Source: an uncultured Aquiluna sp. | GTDB taxonomy: Bacteria > Actinomycetota > Actinomycetes > Actinomycetales > Microbacteriaceae | Reading direction: 5' to 3' | Length of the DNA stretch: 57,119 bases | NCBI GenBank assembly: GCA_964553455.1 | Contig: CAZKLA010000002.1 | Coordinates: 1 to 57,119 of the forward strand | Shown: positions 42,292 through 50,432 of the stretch, piece after piece | Layout of the letters: every line of letters starts with the position of its first letter | Numbering within the stretch: position 1 is the first letter of the stretch | Position numbers and translations under genes: made by a program | The notes under the pieces: model-generated | What the model was told of the DNA's origin: nothing | What the model saw: the letters and a program-made list of their open reading frames with translations, nothing else | Database searches by the model: none

Positions 42292-42575
42292 TGGGGCGTC
42301 GCAAGAAGTATGTTAGTCCTATTCAAAACAAATTTCATCGTGAGCAATTCTTTACGTTGGAAAGCGGAAGGGTAATTGAGCACGGAGAAGTAATTAAGAT
42401 TACTGGAGAGCATGGCTCAAAATTTAGATTTCTTGAGCATGTCACTAACATAGAAACTAACGTTGACTGGATTGATTGCTTTGAGTTGCGTCAAGGAATA
42501 GCATCTGGATGGAGATCATTTAGGTGCGACAGAATAAAGCCACTACCTAAAAAGCGTAGGCCAAGGTCAGCATGA
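42291..42575 (+). CDS. Hypothetical protein (SH3-like beta barrel)
   Basis: GEVIKITGE.G..FRF...WIDC...RSFR.DRI. Confidence 0.65.
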   Translation: MGRRKKYVSPIQNKFHREQFFTLESGRVIEHGEVIKITGEHGSKFRFLEHVTNIETNVDWIDCFELRQGIASGWRSFRCDRIKPLPKKRRPRSA

Positions 42576-43291
42576 GCGATCATGTAGTAGTTTATTGGGC
42601 AAACATCCCCGATGATGATTTAGATTGGGCAATTCTTTTTGAAGAGCCATCCCCTTTGATTCAGGAGTTGGTGAACAATAAGAATAAAAACAATCCAGAC
42701 AATAATCTATTGCGCTGTCCAGCAGTAACCGATCTATTTAAAAATGTTTTTGTAATCAAGAATCCATTAGAGTCTTCTGCCTCATTTGTTATAGAAGACG
42801 GAATGGTTTCAAGAGAAATGAATTCCAACGATAGTCGCTGGGTTGTCAATAGGCCACCTAGTTTTACTAATCAATTGCTTGCAATGTACCGCCATCCAAT
42901 AATTTTCTTTTCTGAAACTGATATTGAAATAATGATGACAGATCCTTATTTTTCAAAAGCCCAGCATAAGTCATGGGGATCTATTGTGCCTGGAATTTTT
43001 AGTTGTAGTTCATGGTTTAGGCCTATTCAAATAGAGTTTAATGTGTGGGATAACACCAATAATCTTTATCTAGAAAAAGATGAGCCTCTTGCATATATAA
43101 AATTTATGACCAACAAAAAAGTGATACTCAAAAGGTTTACCATGACAGAAGCGCTTATCAGTCAAGCAAAGATATGTAGTAGCGCTGGAAGGTGGGAGCC
43201 AAAAATCTCTCTTGCAAAGAGATATCAAAGATTTAGGGCAACAAAGAGGGATAAGTTTGTTATTCAAGAAATAAAGAATAACCTAGTGTGA
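42572..43291 (+). CDS. Hypothetical protein (CPAV.D family)
   Basis: RCPAVTD, IVPG.F..SWFRP, DEPLAYIKF. Confidence 0.7.
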   Translation: MSDHVVVYWANIPDDDLDWAILFEEPSPLIQELVNNKNKNNPDNNLLRCPAVTDLFKNVFVIKNPLESSASFVIEDGMVSREMNSNDSRWVVNRPPSFTNQLLAMYRHPIIFFSETDIEIMMTDPYFSKAQHKSWGSIVPGIFSCSSWFRPIQIEFNVWDNTNNLYLEKDEPLAYIKFMTNKKVILKRFTMTEALISQAKICSSAGRWEPKISLAKRYQRFRATKRDKFVIQEIKNNLV

Positions 43292-43302
43292 CTCTTGTCA
43301 CA
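43287..43302. promoter_or_regulatory. CRP/GlxR-family binding site
   Basis: Perfect TGTGA-CTCTTG-TCACA. Confidence 0.6.
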
Positions 43303-43329
43303 TAAAGATTTTCCCCTATAAATAGTTGA

Positions 43330-43359
43330 TTGGCAACGCAAACTATGCTAACCTATAAT
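43330..43359 (+). promoter_or_regulatory. SigA-type promoter
   Basis: TTGGCA-N18-TATAAT; RBS AAGGAGG downstream. Confidence 0.6.
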
Positions 43360-43386
43360 AATGTTGCCGCCGCAAGGAGGAAACAG

Positions 43387-43923
43387 ATGAAAACGAAACT
43401 GCTAGGAGGTGTGTTAATGGTAACGGTATTGTTGACAGGTTCATCTAACGCTATTGCTAACACTTCCACCGAACAGGTGTATGCTAAGTCTGCACCGATT
43501 GCGACGGAGGCTTTGTTCAAGCCTGTCGTAAAGAATACAAAGGCTGAAACAAAGCCAAAGGCCTGCAAAAACTGGCTCGTTCGTGAACTAAAAGAGGCAG
43601 GGTTTAAGGGCAAAGGACTGCGAATCGCATGGGCTGTTGCTATGCGTGAGAGTGGAGGAAGGGCTAACGCGATTTCTTCCACTGGGGACTACGGTGTCTT
43701 TCAGTTCAATCGCGCAGCGTGGAGCGGTCAATCTTGGTGGAATACTAAGAAATTGCTTACACGCGACTACAACATCATGATTGCCTATCGCATTTCGCAG
43801 AAGGGCAAGACGTTCTACCCTTGGGACATTGATGGTCAAGGAAGACACAAGGGTAACTACACATCTAGCGGTGTGTATGGAAAGTATAAGTCGTGGTATA
43901 ACAAGTATCCATGCGCTAAGTAG
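43387..43923 (+). CDS. Secreted lysozyme-like/lytic transglycosylase
   Basis: Signal peptide MKTKLLGGVLMVTVLLTGSSNAIA; AVAMRESGG, DYGVFQFN, PW motifs. Confidence 0.8.
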   Translation: MKTKLLGGVLMVTVLLTGSSNAIANTSTEQVYAKSAPIATEALFKPVVKNTKAETKPKACKNWLVRELKEAGFKGKGLRIAWAVAMRESGGRANAISSTGDYGVFQFNRAAWSGQSWWNTKKLLTRDYNIMIAYRISQKGKTFYPWDIDGQGRHKGNYTSSGVYGKYKSWYNKYPCAK

Positions 43924-43926
43924 TTC

Positions 43927-43980
43927 GTGGTGGGGCAGGTAACCGAATCAAACGTAGGTGGCAACAGCCTGCCCCATCAC
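43927..43980 (+). terminator. 14-bp hairpin with 26-nt loop
   Basis: GTGGTGGGGCAGGT / GCCTGCCCCATCAC; abuts TGCTATAAT at 43981-43989. Confidence 0.55.
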
Positions 43981-43999
43981 TGCTATAATATGAGGCATA

Positions 44000-44524
44000 A
44001 TGAGTGAAATATTAGATCACATAGAAGAAGTTAATCGTGTAGCCACAGAATACATCAAAGGCTTAAACGAAACAGAGATCAGCAGAGAACTAGATATTCC
44101 AAAGGCCAGAGTCTCCTCCCTTTTGAGAGAGTGGAAGACCATGGCATCTAGTTCTGAGGCGGTAAGGAGCAGAGCAAGAGAAGCCCTTGCATCAGCAGAC
44201 GTTCATTATAGTAAACTTATTAAACAAGCCTATGAGGTTATTGACGATGCAAACACAAACGCAAACCTCACAGCAAAGACAACAGCGATTAAACTAGTTC
44301 TTGATATTGAAACTCGTCGCATCGACATGCTACAAAAAGCGGGGCTTTTAGAAAACAAAGAACTTGCAGATCAACTTATGGAAACAGAAAGAAAGCAAGA
44401 ACTTCTTATGAACATTCTTAAGGAAGTCTCTGGTCAATGTCCAACCTGCAAGCCAAAAGTTCTTAATCGTCTAGCGGAGGTTTCTGGCCCAACAGGAGAG
44501 GCTGTAGTTATTCATGAGTCTTGA
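44000..44524 (+). CDS. Terminase small subunit (putative; HTH + coiled coil)
   Basis: GLNETEISRELDIPKARV HTH; overlaps the large subunit gene. Confidence 0.6.
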   Translation: MSEILDHIEEVNRVATEYIKGLNETEISRELDIPKARVSSLLREWKTMASSSEAVRSRAREALASADVHYSKLIKQAYEVIDDANTNANLTAKTTAIKLVLDIETRRIDMLQKAGLLENKELADQLMETERKQELLMNILKEVSGQCPTCKPKVLNRLAEVSGPTGEAVVIHES

Positions 44525-46301
44525 TTTTAGTGACTTCTTCTCAGCACTTGACGACGATCCTTTTGAAGAATATCCTGTAGACTTGGATACATTTTTGCAT
44601 GATAAAAACTTTTTAGATCAACCACCGCTATCTTCAATCCAAAGGGATTTAGTAGAAGCAATGAGTCAGATCTATAAAGAAGAAGATTTAATTAGATTCA
44701 TGGGAGAAAAAGAAGGCCGTGACCATTTCAAAAAATACACCAAATCAGAGGTTATCCTCCAGTTGGGCAAGGGTAGTGGAAAAGACCACACATCGACCAT
44801 TGGCTGTGCTTATTTGGTTTATAAACTCCTTTGCTTAAAAGATCCTGCTCGCTATTTTGGTAAGCCACCTGGCGACTCTATTGATATTATGAATATTGCT
44901 ATCAATGCACAGCAGGCACAGAATGTGTTCTTTAAAAACTTTATTACTAAAGTAAATAGATCTCCATGGTTTGCTGGCAAGTATAATCAAAAGGTAGCCG
45001 TCATGGAATTTGACAAGGCTGTAACAGTTTATTCAGGACACTCAGAACGAGAAAGCCATGAGGGTTTGAACCTGATCCTAGCCATCCTTGACGAGATATC
45101 TGGCTTTGCTCAGGAGTCAGCAAGTGGTAATGAGAATGCAAAGACTGGTGATGCTATCTACAAGGCGTTCCGTGCGTCAGTAGACTCCCGCTTCCCAGAC
45201 TTTGGCAAAGTGGTTCTCCTATCATTCCCTCGCTATCCAGGTGATTTTATTTCTAAAAGATATGATGAAGTTGTTGCTGAAAAAGAAGTAGAAGTTGTTA
45301 AGCACAAATTTATTATTAATCCAGAAATTCCAGAAGATGCGGAAGGAAATTCTTTCGAAATAGAATACAACAGAGATCATATTATTTCTTATAAATATCC
45401 TAGGGTGTATGCAATTAAGCGACCAACGTGGGAAGCAAACCCAACAAGAACTATTGAGGATTTTAAGGTTTCCTTTCTGACAGACTATGCAGATGCAATG
45501 CAGAGATTTGCTTGTATGCCATCATTCTTTTCAGATGCATTTTTTAAGGATCGTGAAGCATTAGAGCGAGCAATGTGTCTTCCTAATCCCATAGATAATT
45601 TTAAGAGAATAGAAAAGCGATGGGAGCCTAAAGAAGATATTCGATATTTCTTACACGCTGACCTTGCACAAAAGCACGACAAGTGTGCTATTGCCATTGC
45701 CCATGTTGAAAAGTGGGTAGAGGTGAGGACTTTTAATGATTACACTCAGGTTCACCCGTTCGTTGTTGTTGACGCTGTAGTTTGGTGGGAGCCAAAGAAG
45801 GAGGGGCCAGTAAATCTTTCTGAGGTAAAAGACTGGATCATTAACTTTAGAAGAGAAGGCTTTAGAATTGGCTTAGTTACTTTTGACCGTTGGCAATCAT
45901 TTGATATTCAGCAAGAACTACAATCCGTTGGTATCAAAACAGATACGCTTTCTGTTGGTAAAAAGCACTATGAGGATTTAGCAATGCTTTATTACGAAGG
46001 AAGAGTTATGATGCCACATATTGATATTCTTTTTGAAGAGATGAGCGAACTTAGAATTGTTTCAGATAAAAAAGTAGACCACCCTCGTAAGGGTAGCAAG
46101 GACTTATCTGATGCTGTAACAGGTGCGGTATACAATGCAATTGCACACACTCCTCGTAATGCCAATCAGGAAATTGAGATCCACGATTGGAAGTCAATTG
46201 CAAAGAAGCATGAACGTGAAGAGCGAGAAAACATGCGATGGGAACCAGAAGATATGCCAGAAGAAGTTGCGTCGTACCTTGACTCCTTTGGTCTGCTCTG
46301 A
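44514..46301 (+). CDS. terL: Terminase large subunit
   Basis: Walker A LGKGSGKD, Walker B AILDE, nuclease HADLA, TFDRWQS, DHP..GSKDLSDA. Confidence 0.92.
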   Translation: MSLDFSDFFSALDDDPFEEYPVDLDTFLHDKNFLDQPPLSSIQRDLVEAMSQIYKEEDLIRFMGEKEGRDHFKKYTKSEVILQLGKGSGKDHTSTIGCAYLVYKLLCLKDPARYFGKPPGDSIDIMNIAINAQQAQNVFFKNFITKVNRSPWFAGKYNQKVAVMEFDKAVTVYSGHSERESHEGLNLILAILDEISGFAQESASGNENAKTGDAIYKAFRASVDSRFPDFGKVVLLSFPRYPGDFISKRYDEVVAEKEVEVVKHKFIINPEIPEDAEGNSFEIEYNRDHIISYKYPRVYAIKRPTWEANPTRTIEDFKVSFLTDYADAMQRFACMPSFFSDAFFKDREALERAMCLPNPIDNFKRIEKRWEPKEDIRYFLHADLAQKHDKCAIAIAHVEKWVEVRTFNDYTQVHPFVVVDAVVWWEPKKEGPVNLSEVKDWIINFRREGFRIGLVTFDRWQSFDIQQELQSVGIKTDTLSVGKKHYEDLAMLYYEGRVMMPHIDILFEEMSELRIVSDKKVDHPRKGSKDLSDAVTGAVYNAIAHTPRNANQEIEIHDWKSIAKKHEREERENMRWEPEDMPEEVASYLDSFGLL

Positions 46302-46313
46302 TAGAATATCGTT

Positions 46314-46490
46314 ATGATTTTAGCGTTCCTTATAGCGACTCTCGTAATATTTTCTTTTAACTTAATCATCTCGCTTCTTGCAGTAGGAATTCAAATTCAG
46401 GAACAAGAAGTTTCCCCAATACACTTGATTAATATCGTTCTTGCTCTTATAATGATCTCGTGGAACATTGTTGCACTTATAAGTTTATAG
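46314..46490 (+). CDS. Small two-TM membrane protein, 58 aa (not in ORF track; possible holin)
   Basis: MILAFLIATLVIFSFNLIISLLAVG...LINIVLALIMISWNIVALISL; ATG 6 nt after TGATAGAAT. Confidence 0.6.
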   Translation: MILAFLIATLVIFSFNLIISLLAVGIQIQEQEVSPIHLINIVLALIMISWNIVALISL

Positions 46491-46495
46491 AGTTA

Positions 46496-46574
46496 CGGCA
46501 GGTAGGCAAATTGGTTACGCCGCCAGTCTTATAAACTGGGATTTCGATTGCGGGTTCAAGCCCCGCCCTGCCGA
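46496..46574 (+). tRNA. tRNA-Ile (anticodon UAU) with extended variable loop
   Basis: Acceptor CGGCAGG/CCTGCCG; anticodon arm CCAGT-CTTATAA-ACTGG; T arm GCGGG-TTCAAGC-CCCGC; CCA not encoded. Confidence 0.8.
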
Positions 46575-46597
46575 CAAAGATAGGGTATAATTAATTT

Positions 46598-47593
46598 ATG
46601 CCATACAACGTACAGCATAGAGGATCGTCATACGTCGTAGTAGATGACAGCGGTAAAGTAGTGGGAACACATGGAACAAAAGAAGAAGCAATAAATCATC
46701 AACGTGCGTTATATGCAAACGTTCCAGATGCATCAAAGAATATGAATCTGTATGAAATGTTAACGCCAGTAGAAAAGGCATACCATGATGCCCTAGTTGG
46801 CGTCGTGGCACAGCATGGATACTTTGATCAAGGCGCGCAAAGCGTTTGGGTGGGCTATGAAGGTGCAGCAGAAAATGAAAAGGCATCAATAGGCGTTGTA
46901 TGCTCTAACTGTTCTTTTTATAAGCAAGATGGTGGATGTCAAATTGTTTCCTTTAAAGTTGAGGCTGGCGGATATTGTAGGCTTGCAGCCATTCCAGATA
47001 ATCTAATTGTCGAGCCAAAAGAAGAGGACGACATGGAAGATATTGACAAGAAGGCCCCTTGCTGGGAAGGCTATGTCATGCGAGGAATGAAGCCATCAAA
47101 GGACGGTTCTGGAAGAATGGTCCCCAATTGTGTTCCAGCAACATCGAAGGCATACGAGGGATGTGGCTGCCAAGAGTGCTTGAGTGAAGACATAACATGT
47201 TCTGATTGTGATTTTTGTGCAGGCGAAATGTCTAAGGCAGAAGAAACATACACTCCAAACGATGGTATGAAGGCTGCTGCCCGTAGAGCACTAAAGTGGA
47301 AGGAAGAAGGCAAGGCAACTGGTGCAGGAACCCCTGTAGGATGGGGTAGGGCATCAGACATTGTTGCTGGAAGATCAATGTCCTTGTCAACTGTAAAGAG
47401 AATGTATTCCTTCTTCTCTCGTCATGAGGTTGACAAAAAGGGCAAAGACTTCTACAATACTTCTAATCCATCTAATGGTCGCATCATGTGGGATGCATGG
47501 GGTGGAGATGCGGGATTCTCATGGTCACGCAAAATAGTCGAAAGAGAACGAGCAAACAAGGTTTGGCAAGGTTCTCTTTTTACCTTAAGATAA
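46598..47593 (+). CDS. Mosaic Cys-rich protein
   Basis: Several short modules, including CSNC..C..GYC, PCWEGY..GMK..VPNCVP and C-terminal WDAWGGDAG. Confidence 0.75.
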   Translation: MPYNVQHRGSSYVVVDDSGKVVGTHGTKEEAINHQRALYANVPDASKNMNLYEMLTPVEKAYHDALVGVVAQHGYFDQGAQSVWVGYEGAAENEKASIGVVCSNCSFYKQDGGCQIVSFKVEAGGYCRLAAIPDNLIVEPKEEDDMEDIDKKAPCWEGYVMRGMKPSKDGSGRMVPNCVPATSKAYEGCGCQECLSEDITCSDCDFCAGEMSKAEETYTPNDGMKAAARRALKWKEEGKATGAGTPVGWGRASDIVAGRSMSLSTVKRMYSFFSRHEVDKKGKDFYNTSNPSNGRIMWDAWGGDAGFSWSRKIVERERANKVWQGSLFTLR

Positions 47594-47606
47594 GGAAGTG
47601 ATCTAA

Positions 47607-47927
47607 TTGCTATATCTCATAGCAATCATCCCATGGGTATTGACAGTAGCAGCATTGTTCTTTATAATATTACACAACAAGCCAATATACGAAGAGGAAG
47701 ATATCTTCATGGATTTAGATGATGAAGATGATAATCAAACAATTCATGTTGCTGTGTACGATGACAAAGCATATTGGGTAGTGAACAATGTGTTTTATGA
47801 GTCAGATGTTACTAGGGAGCCAGACTTTACAACGGCACGACCAATTGATACAATGAATCTTCCACCAAAGAAGTTGAACGAACTTCTTATTATTTTAGAC
47901 GAGTTGAAAGAACATCGAAAGGATTAG
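47607..47927 (+). CDS. Membrane-anchored hypothetical protein
   Basis: N-terminal TM helix, acidic linker; TTG start with AAGGAAG RBS. Confidence 0.6.
   Translation: MLYLIAIIPWVLTVAALFFIILHNKPIYEEEDIFMDLDDEDDNQTIHVAVYDDKAYWVVNNVFYESDVTREPDFTTARPIDTMNLPPKKLNELLIILDELKEHRKD
47640..47668 (+). promoter_or_regulatory. Perfect consensus SigA promoter inside ORF 47607
   Basis: TTGACA-N17-TATAAT. Confidence 0.7.
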
Positions 47928-47928
47928 T

Positions 47929-48273
47929 ATGAACATCGCAATTCAGGGAACCAAAGAGTTCTCTGATTACAATATTTTTATGCGTGCAATGGGAGTTGCC
48001 CTATCATCTATTGATGATGAAGAGTTCAACGTATATTCCGCTGGACCTGCACAGATCAATTCTTTCACATCTGAGTTTTGTAATCTTTCAGAGGAAGGCT
48101 TAAAGCGTCGTGGAATTAAGGTTAAATTCTACAAGGTGCCTCCTTCATATGTTGAGGAGAACATGTCGTCTTTCGATTACTTTGCCTTTCTCTCTACCCC
48201 GAATCAGCGACCGTCGAAGTTGGCGGCATCGGCTGAGTTGGCTGGAGTGGAGACTGGCATCTTCCGTTACTAG
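47929..48273 (+). CDS. SLOG/YspA-like protein (putative)
   Basis: MNIAIQGTKEFSDY N-terminus resembles the SLOG family. Confidence 0.45.
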   Translation: MNIAIQGTKEFSDYNIFMRAMGVALSSIDDEEFNVYSAGPAQINSFTSEFCNLSEEGLKRRGIKVKFYKVPPSYVEENMSSFDYFAFLSTPNQRPSKLAASAELAGVETGIFRY

Positions 48274-48281
48274 GAGTTGCC

Positions 48282-48668
48282 ATGCTTTCTAAAAGAGATC
48301 GTGCATATCTGAGCGTTGCTCGTTATTGTGCAGCAAAGTCTACCGCTAAGAACACCCATGGTGCTGTAGTGGTAAAGGGAGGACGAGTTCTCTCAACTGG
48401 ATGGAATAAGAATAGAAATCATCCAGCAATTGTCTCGCCTGAACACATCAAAACAGATTGCTCCTATCATGCAGAAGAGGTTGCAATTCGTGAAGCAGGC
48501 GAGGATAATGTAAAGGGCGCAGTCATTTATGTGGCTCGCATTAACCGTAAGGGACATGATAGAGATAGCAAGCCTTGTCCAAAGTGTGCCTCTCTAATTG
48601 AGAAGGTAGGGATTAAGCGAGTTATCTTTACAATGGAAGCAGGAGAAATAAACTATGCTAATAACTAG
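48282..48668 (+). CDS. Zn-dependent cytidine/dCMP deaminase family protein
   Basis: HGAVVV..G.N, HAE, SKPCPKC, GIKRV. Confidence 0.85.
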   Translation: MLSKRDRAYLSVARYCAAKSTAKNTHGAVVVKGGRVLSTGWNKNRNHPAIVSPEHIKTDCSYHAEEVAIREAGEDNVKGAVIYVARINRKGHDRDSKPCPKCASLIEKVGIKRVIFTMEAGEINYANN

Positions 48669-48885
48669 TCTAGAAGAGATGGAAGCGATTGTTGCAAGTC
48701 GTGGAGATCTTCAATGGGACGGATTCAATGTCGTCAAATACACCAACAGTGACAATGCTATGTATGGCGTTGATGGTGCATTCCTTAACGGCAAGTGGAT
48801 GAAGAAGAAGGTTTTTCCTCTCACTGAAGAAGGATGGAATCTTCCACATTATTTCGGGAGAGAACATGCACAGGTGGAAGGATGA
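48655..48885 (+). CDS. Hypothetical protein
   Basis: RBS AGGAG; coupled ORF. Confidence 0.65.
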   Translation: MLITSLEEMEAIVASRGDLQWDGFNVVKYTNSDNAMYGVDGAFLNGKWMKKKVFPLTEEGWNLPHYFGREHAQVEG

Positions 48886-49147
48886 CGCTAAGTGTTTAGG
48901 AATGGATACCAATCTATTCTTTGACAAGTACGAAGAAGAACAGTCTTTTGCTAAGACAATAGATAGTTTATGTAATTCTTGCCCAGTCAACAAAACCTGC
49001 TTTGCTTGGGGAGTTTCCCAAAAAGAGTGGGGAGTCTGGGGAGGTGTCTACCTGAAGGATGGTAAAATAGACAAAGAATTCAACGCTCATAAAACAAAGG
49101 ATGATTGGTCTACAACATGGGAGCATCTAACAATGGAGGTACAGTGA
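48866..49147 (+). CDS. whiB: WhiB-family Fe-S transcription factor
   Basis: W...AKC..D..LFF, CNSCPV..C, GVWGG. Confidence 0.88.
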   Translation: MHRWKDDAKCLGMDTNLFFDKYEEEQSFAKTIDSLCNSCPVNKTCFAWGVSQKEWGVWGGVYLKDGKIDKEFNAHKTKDDWSTTWEHLTMEVQ

Positions 49148-49398
49148 TTTATACTCCAGAGGTCAGCGCTGCCATTAGGTCAATACCTATGCCAGTTGAG
49201 ATGACTGTTGATATTGTCGATTACGGAGCCTATCTTGGTATTAGGTTCTACGAAAGTGAATGGGCACACTTGTCTGAATCTGAGCGCATGAAGATGGCTA
49301 TATATTTTCAGGCAGTAAGAAAGATGCTAGAGAAAGGTGGAGTAAATTCCACCTTAGATCCAATTTATGATAAGCCTGGGGTGCAGCAGTTAGGATGA
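49144..49398 (+). CDS. Hypothetical protein
   Basis: GTG 49144 after GGAGG RBS, in frame with ORF 49105. Confidence 0.65.
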   Translation: MIYTPEVSAAIRSIPMPVEMTVDIVDYGAYLGIRFYESEWAHLSESERMKMAIYFQAVRKMLEKGGVNSTLDPIYDKPGVQQLG

Positions 49399-50432
49399 GT
49401 ATATTTATTTCTATCGCGTCATATCGTGATCTAGAGTTAACCAAGACTGTTAGAAGTCTTATTGATAATGCCGATAATCCACAGGATTTGCATTTTGGCG
49501 TTGTAGATCAAGATCATAGAAATAAATGGGCCGACCTTTCTTTTGTGCCAAATCTCAAGCATGTAAAGATTCATTTCAAGGACGCAAAGGGTGCTGGATA
49601 TGCAAGAAAACTTGCAACAGAACTCTATGATGGTCAGGATTTCTTTTTCCAGACTGATTCACACATGCGCTTTGCAAAAGGATGGGACACCAAACTTAAG
49701 CAAATGTATGAGTGGTGCTCAAGGGATGCAGGGACTGACAAGGTTATTTTAAGTCAGTTCCCTGCACCCTTTGAGGTTCTAACTGATGGAAACGATTACT
49801 ACATCAAGGGTGACCCAGACTTCTGGGATGAACCATCATGGACTTCAGTGGTAAACACATACTACGGAGCATGGGCAGGCAATCGTGAAAAGATTAAAGA
49901 TTTTTCTAAGCCACATAAATCACATACAGTATTGGGCGCACTTATCTTTTCACGCGGTCAAATCGCATTAGACATTCCCTACGACGAAAGAATATCTTTC
50001 ATGGGAGAAGAACTTTGTTATGCAATTAGAGCATACACAAGAGGATATAGTATATACGCACCACATGAAATGCTGGCATGGCATTTTTATAAAAGAAATG
50101 ACAGGCCAAAAATCTGGGGAGACAAAAAGTTAGAATGGTTTAAGATAGAGAAAAATTCTAAAGACGTTCAGCGCGATGTGCTGCTTGGAATTGAGCAAGG
50201 TGTGTATGGCGTGGCAGACAAGAAACTTTATAAGCAATATCAAAATATGATAGGCATCGACTTTGAAAAGTTTTATAGTGAAGAGAAAGAGCCAACTAAA
50301 GATCTTGATTGGATATCTGAAGAGATAACCTTTGATTTTGAACCTGCGGTTAATTCTGGTCCATGTCTAAACAATGAACACAGCATCTGTACGGTAGATG
50401 TTTGCGTTTGTGATTGTCATAAGGAGAAGTGA
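49395..50432 (+). CDS. GT60-like polypeptide GlcNAc-transferase (Skp1 Gnt1 family)
   Basis: IFISIASYRD, AKGAGYAR, QTDSHMRF..GWD, PYD..F.GEE...RAYTRGY, WHFY.R. Confidence 0.8.
   Translation: MSIFISIASYRDLELTKTVRSLIDNADNPQDLHFGVVDQDHRNKWADLSFVPNLKHVKIHFKDAKGAGYARKLATELYDGQDFFFQTDSHMRFAKGWDTKLKQMYEWCSRDAGTDKVILSQFPAPFEVLTDGNDYYIKGDPDFWDEPSWTSVVNTYYGAWAGNREKIKDFSKPHKSHTVLGALIFSRGQIALDIPYDERISFMGEELCYAIRAYTRGYSIYAPHEMLAWHFYKRNDRPKIWGDKKLEWFKIEKNSKDVQRDVLLGIEQGVYGVADKKLYKQYQNMIGIDFEKFYSEEKEPTKDLDWISEEITFDFEPAVNSGPCLNNEHSICTVDVCVCDCHKEK

Noticed and set aside
43300-43386. c-di-AMP (ydaO) riboswitch upstream of the muralytic gene
   Set aside because: Leader is too short and lacks recognisable ydaO motifs
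28821-46301. Inteins or introns in DnaB, DnaE, RecA or TerL
   Set aside because: Lengths are normal and no intein splice motifs or frame interruptions were seen
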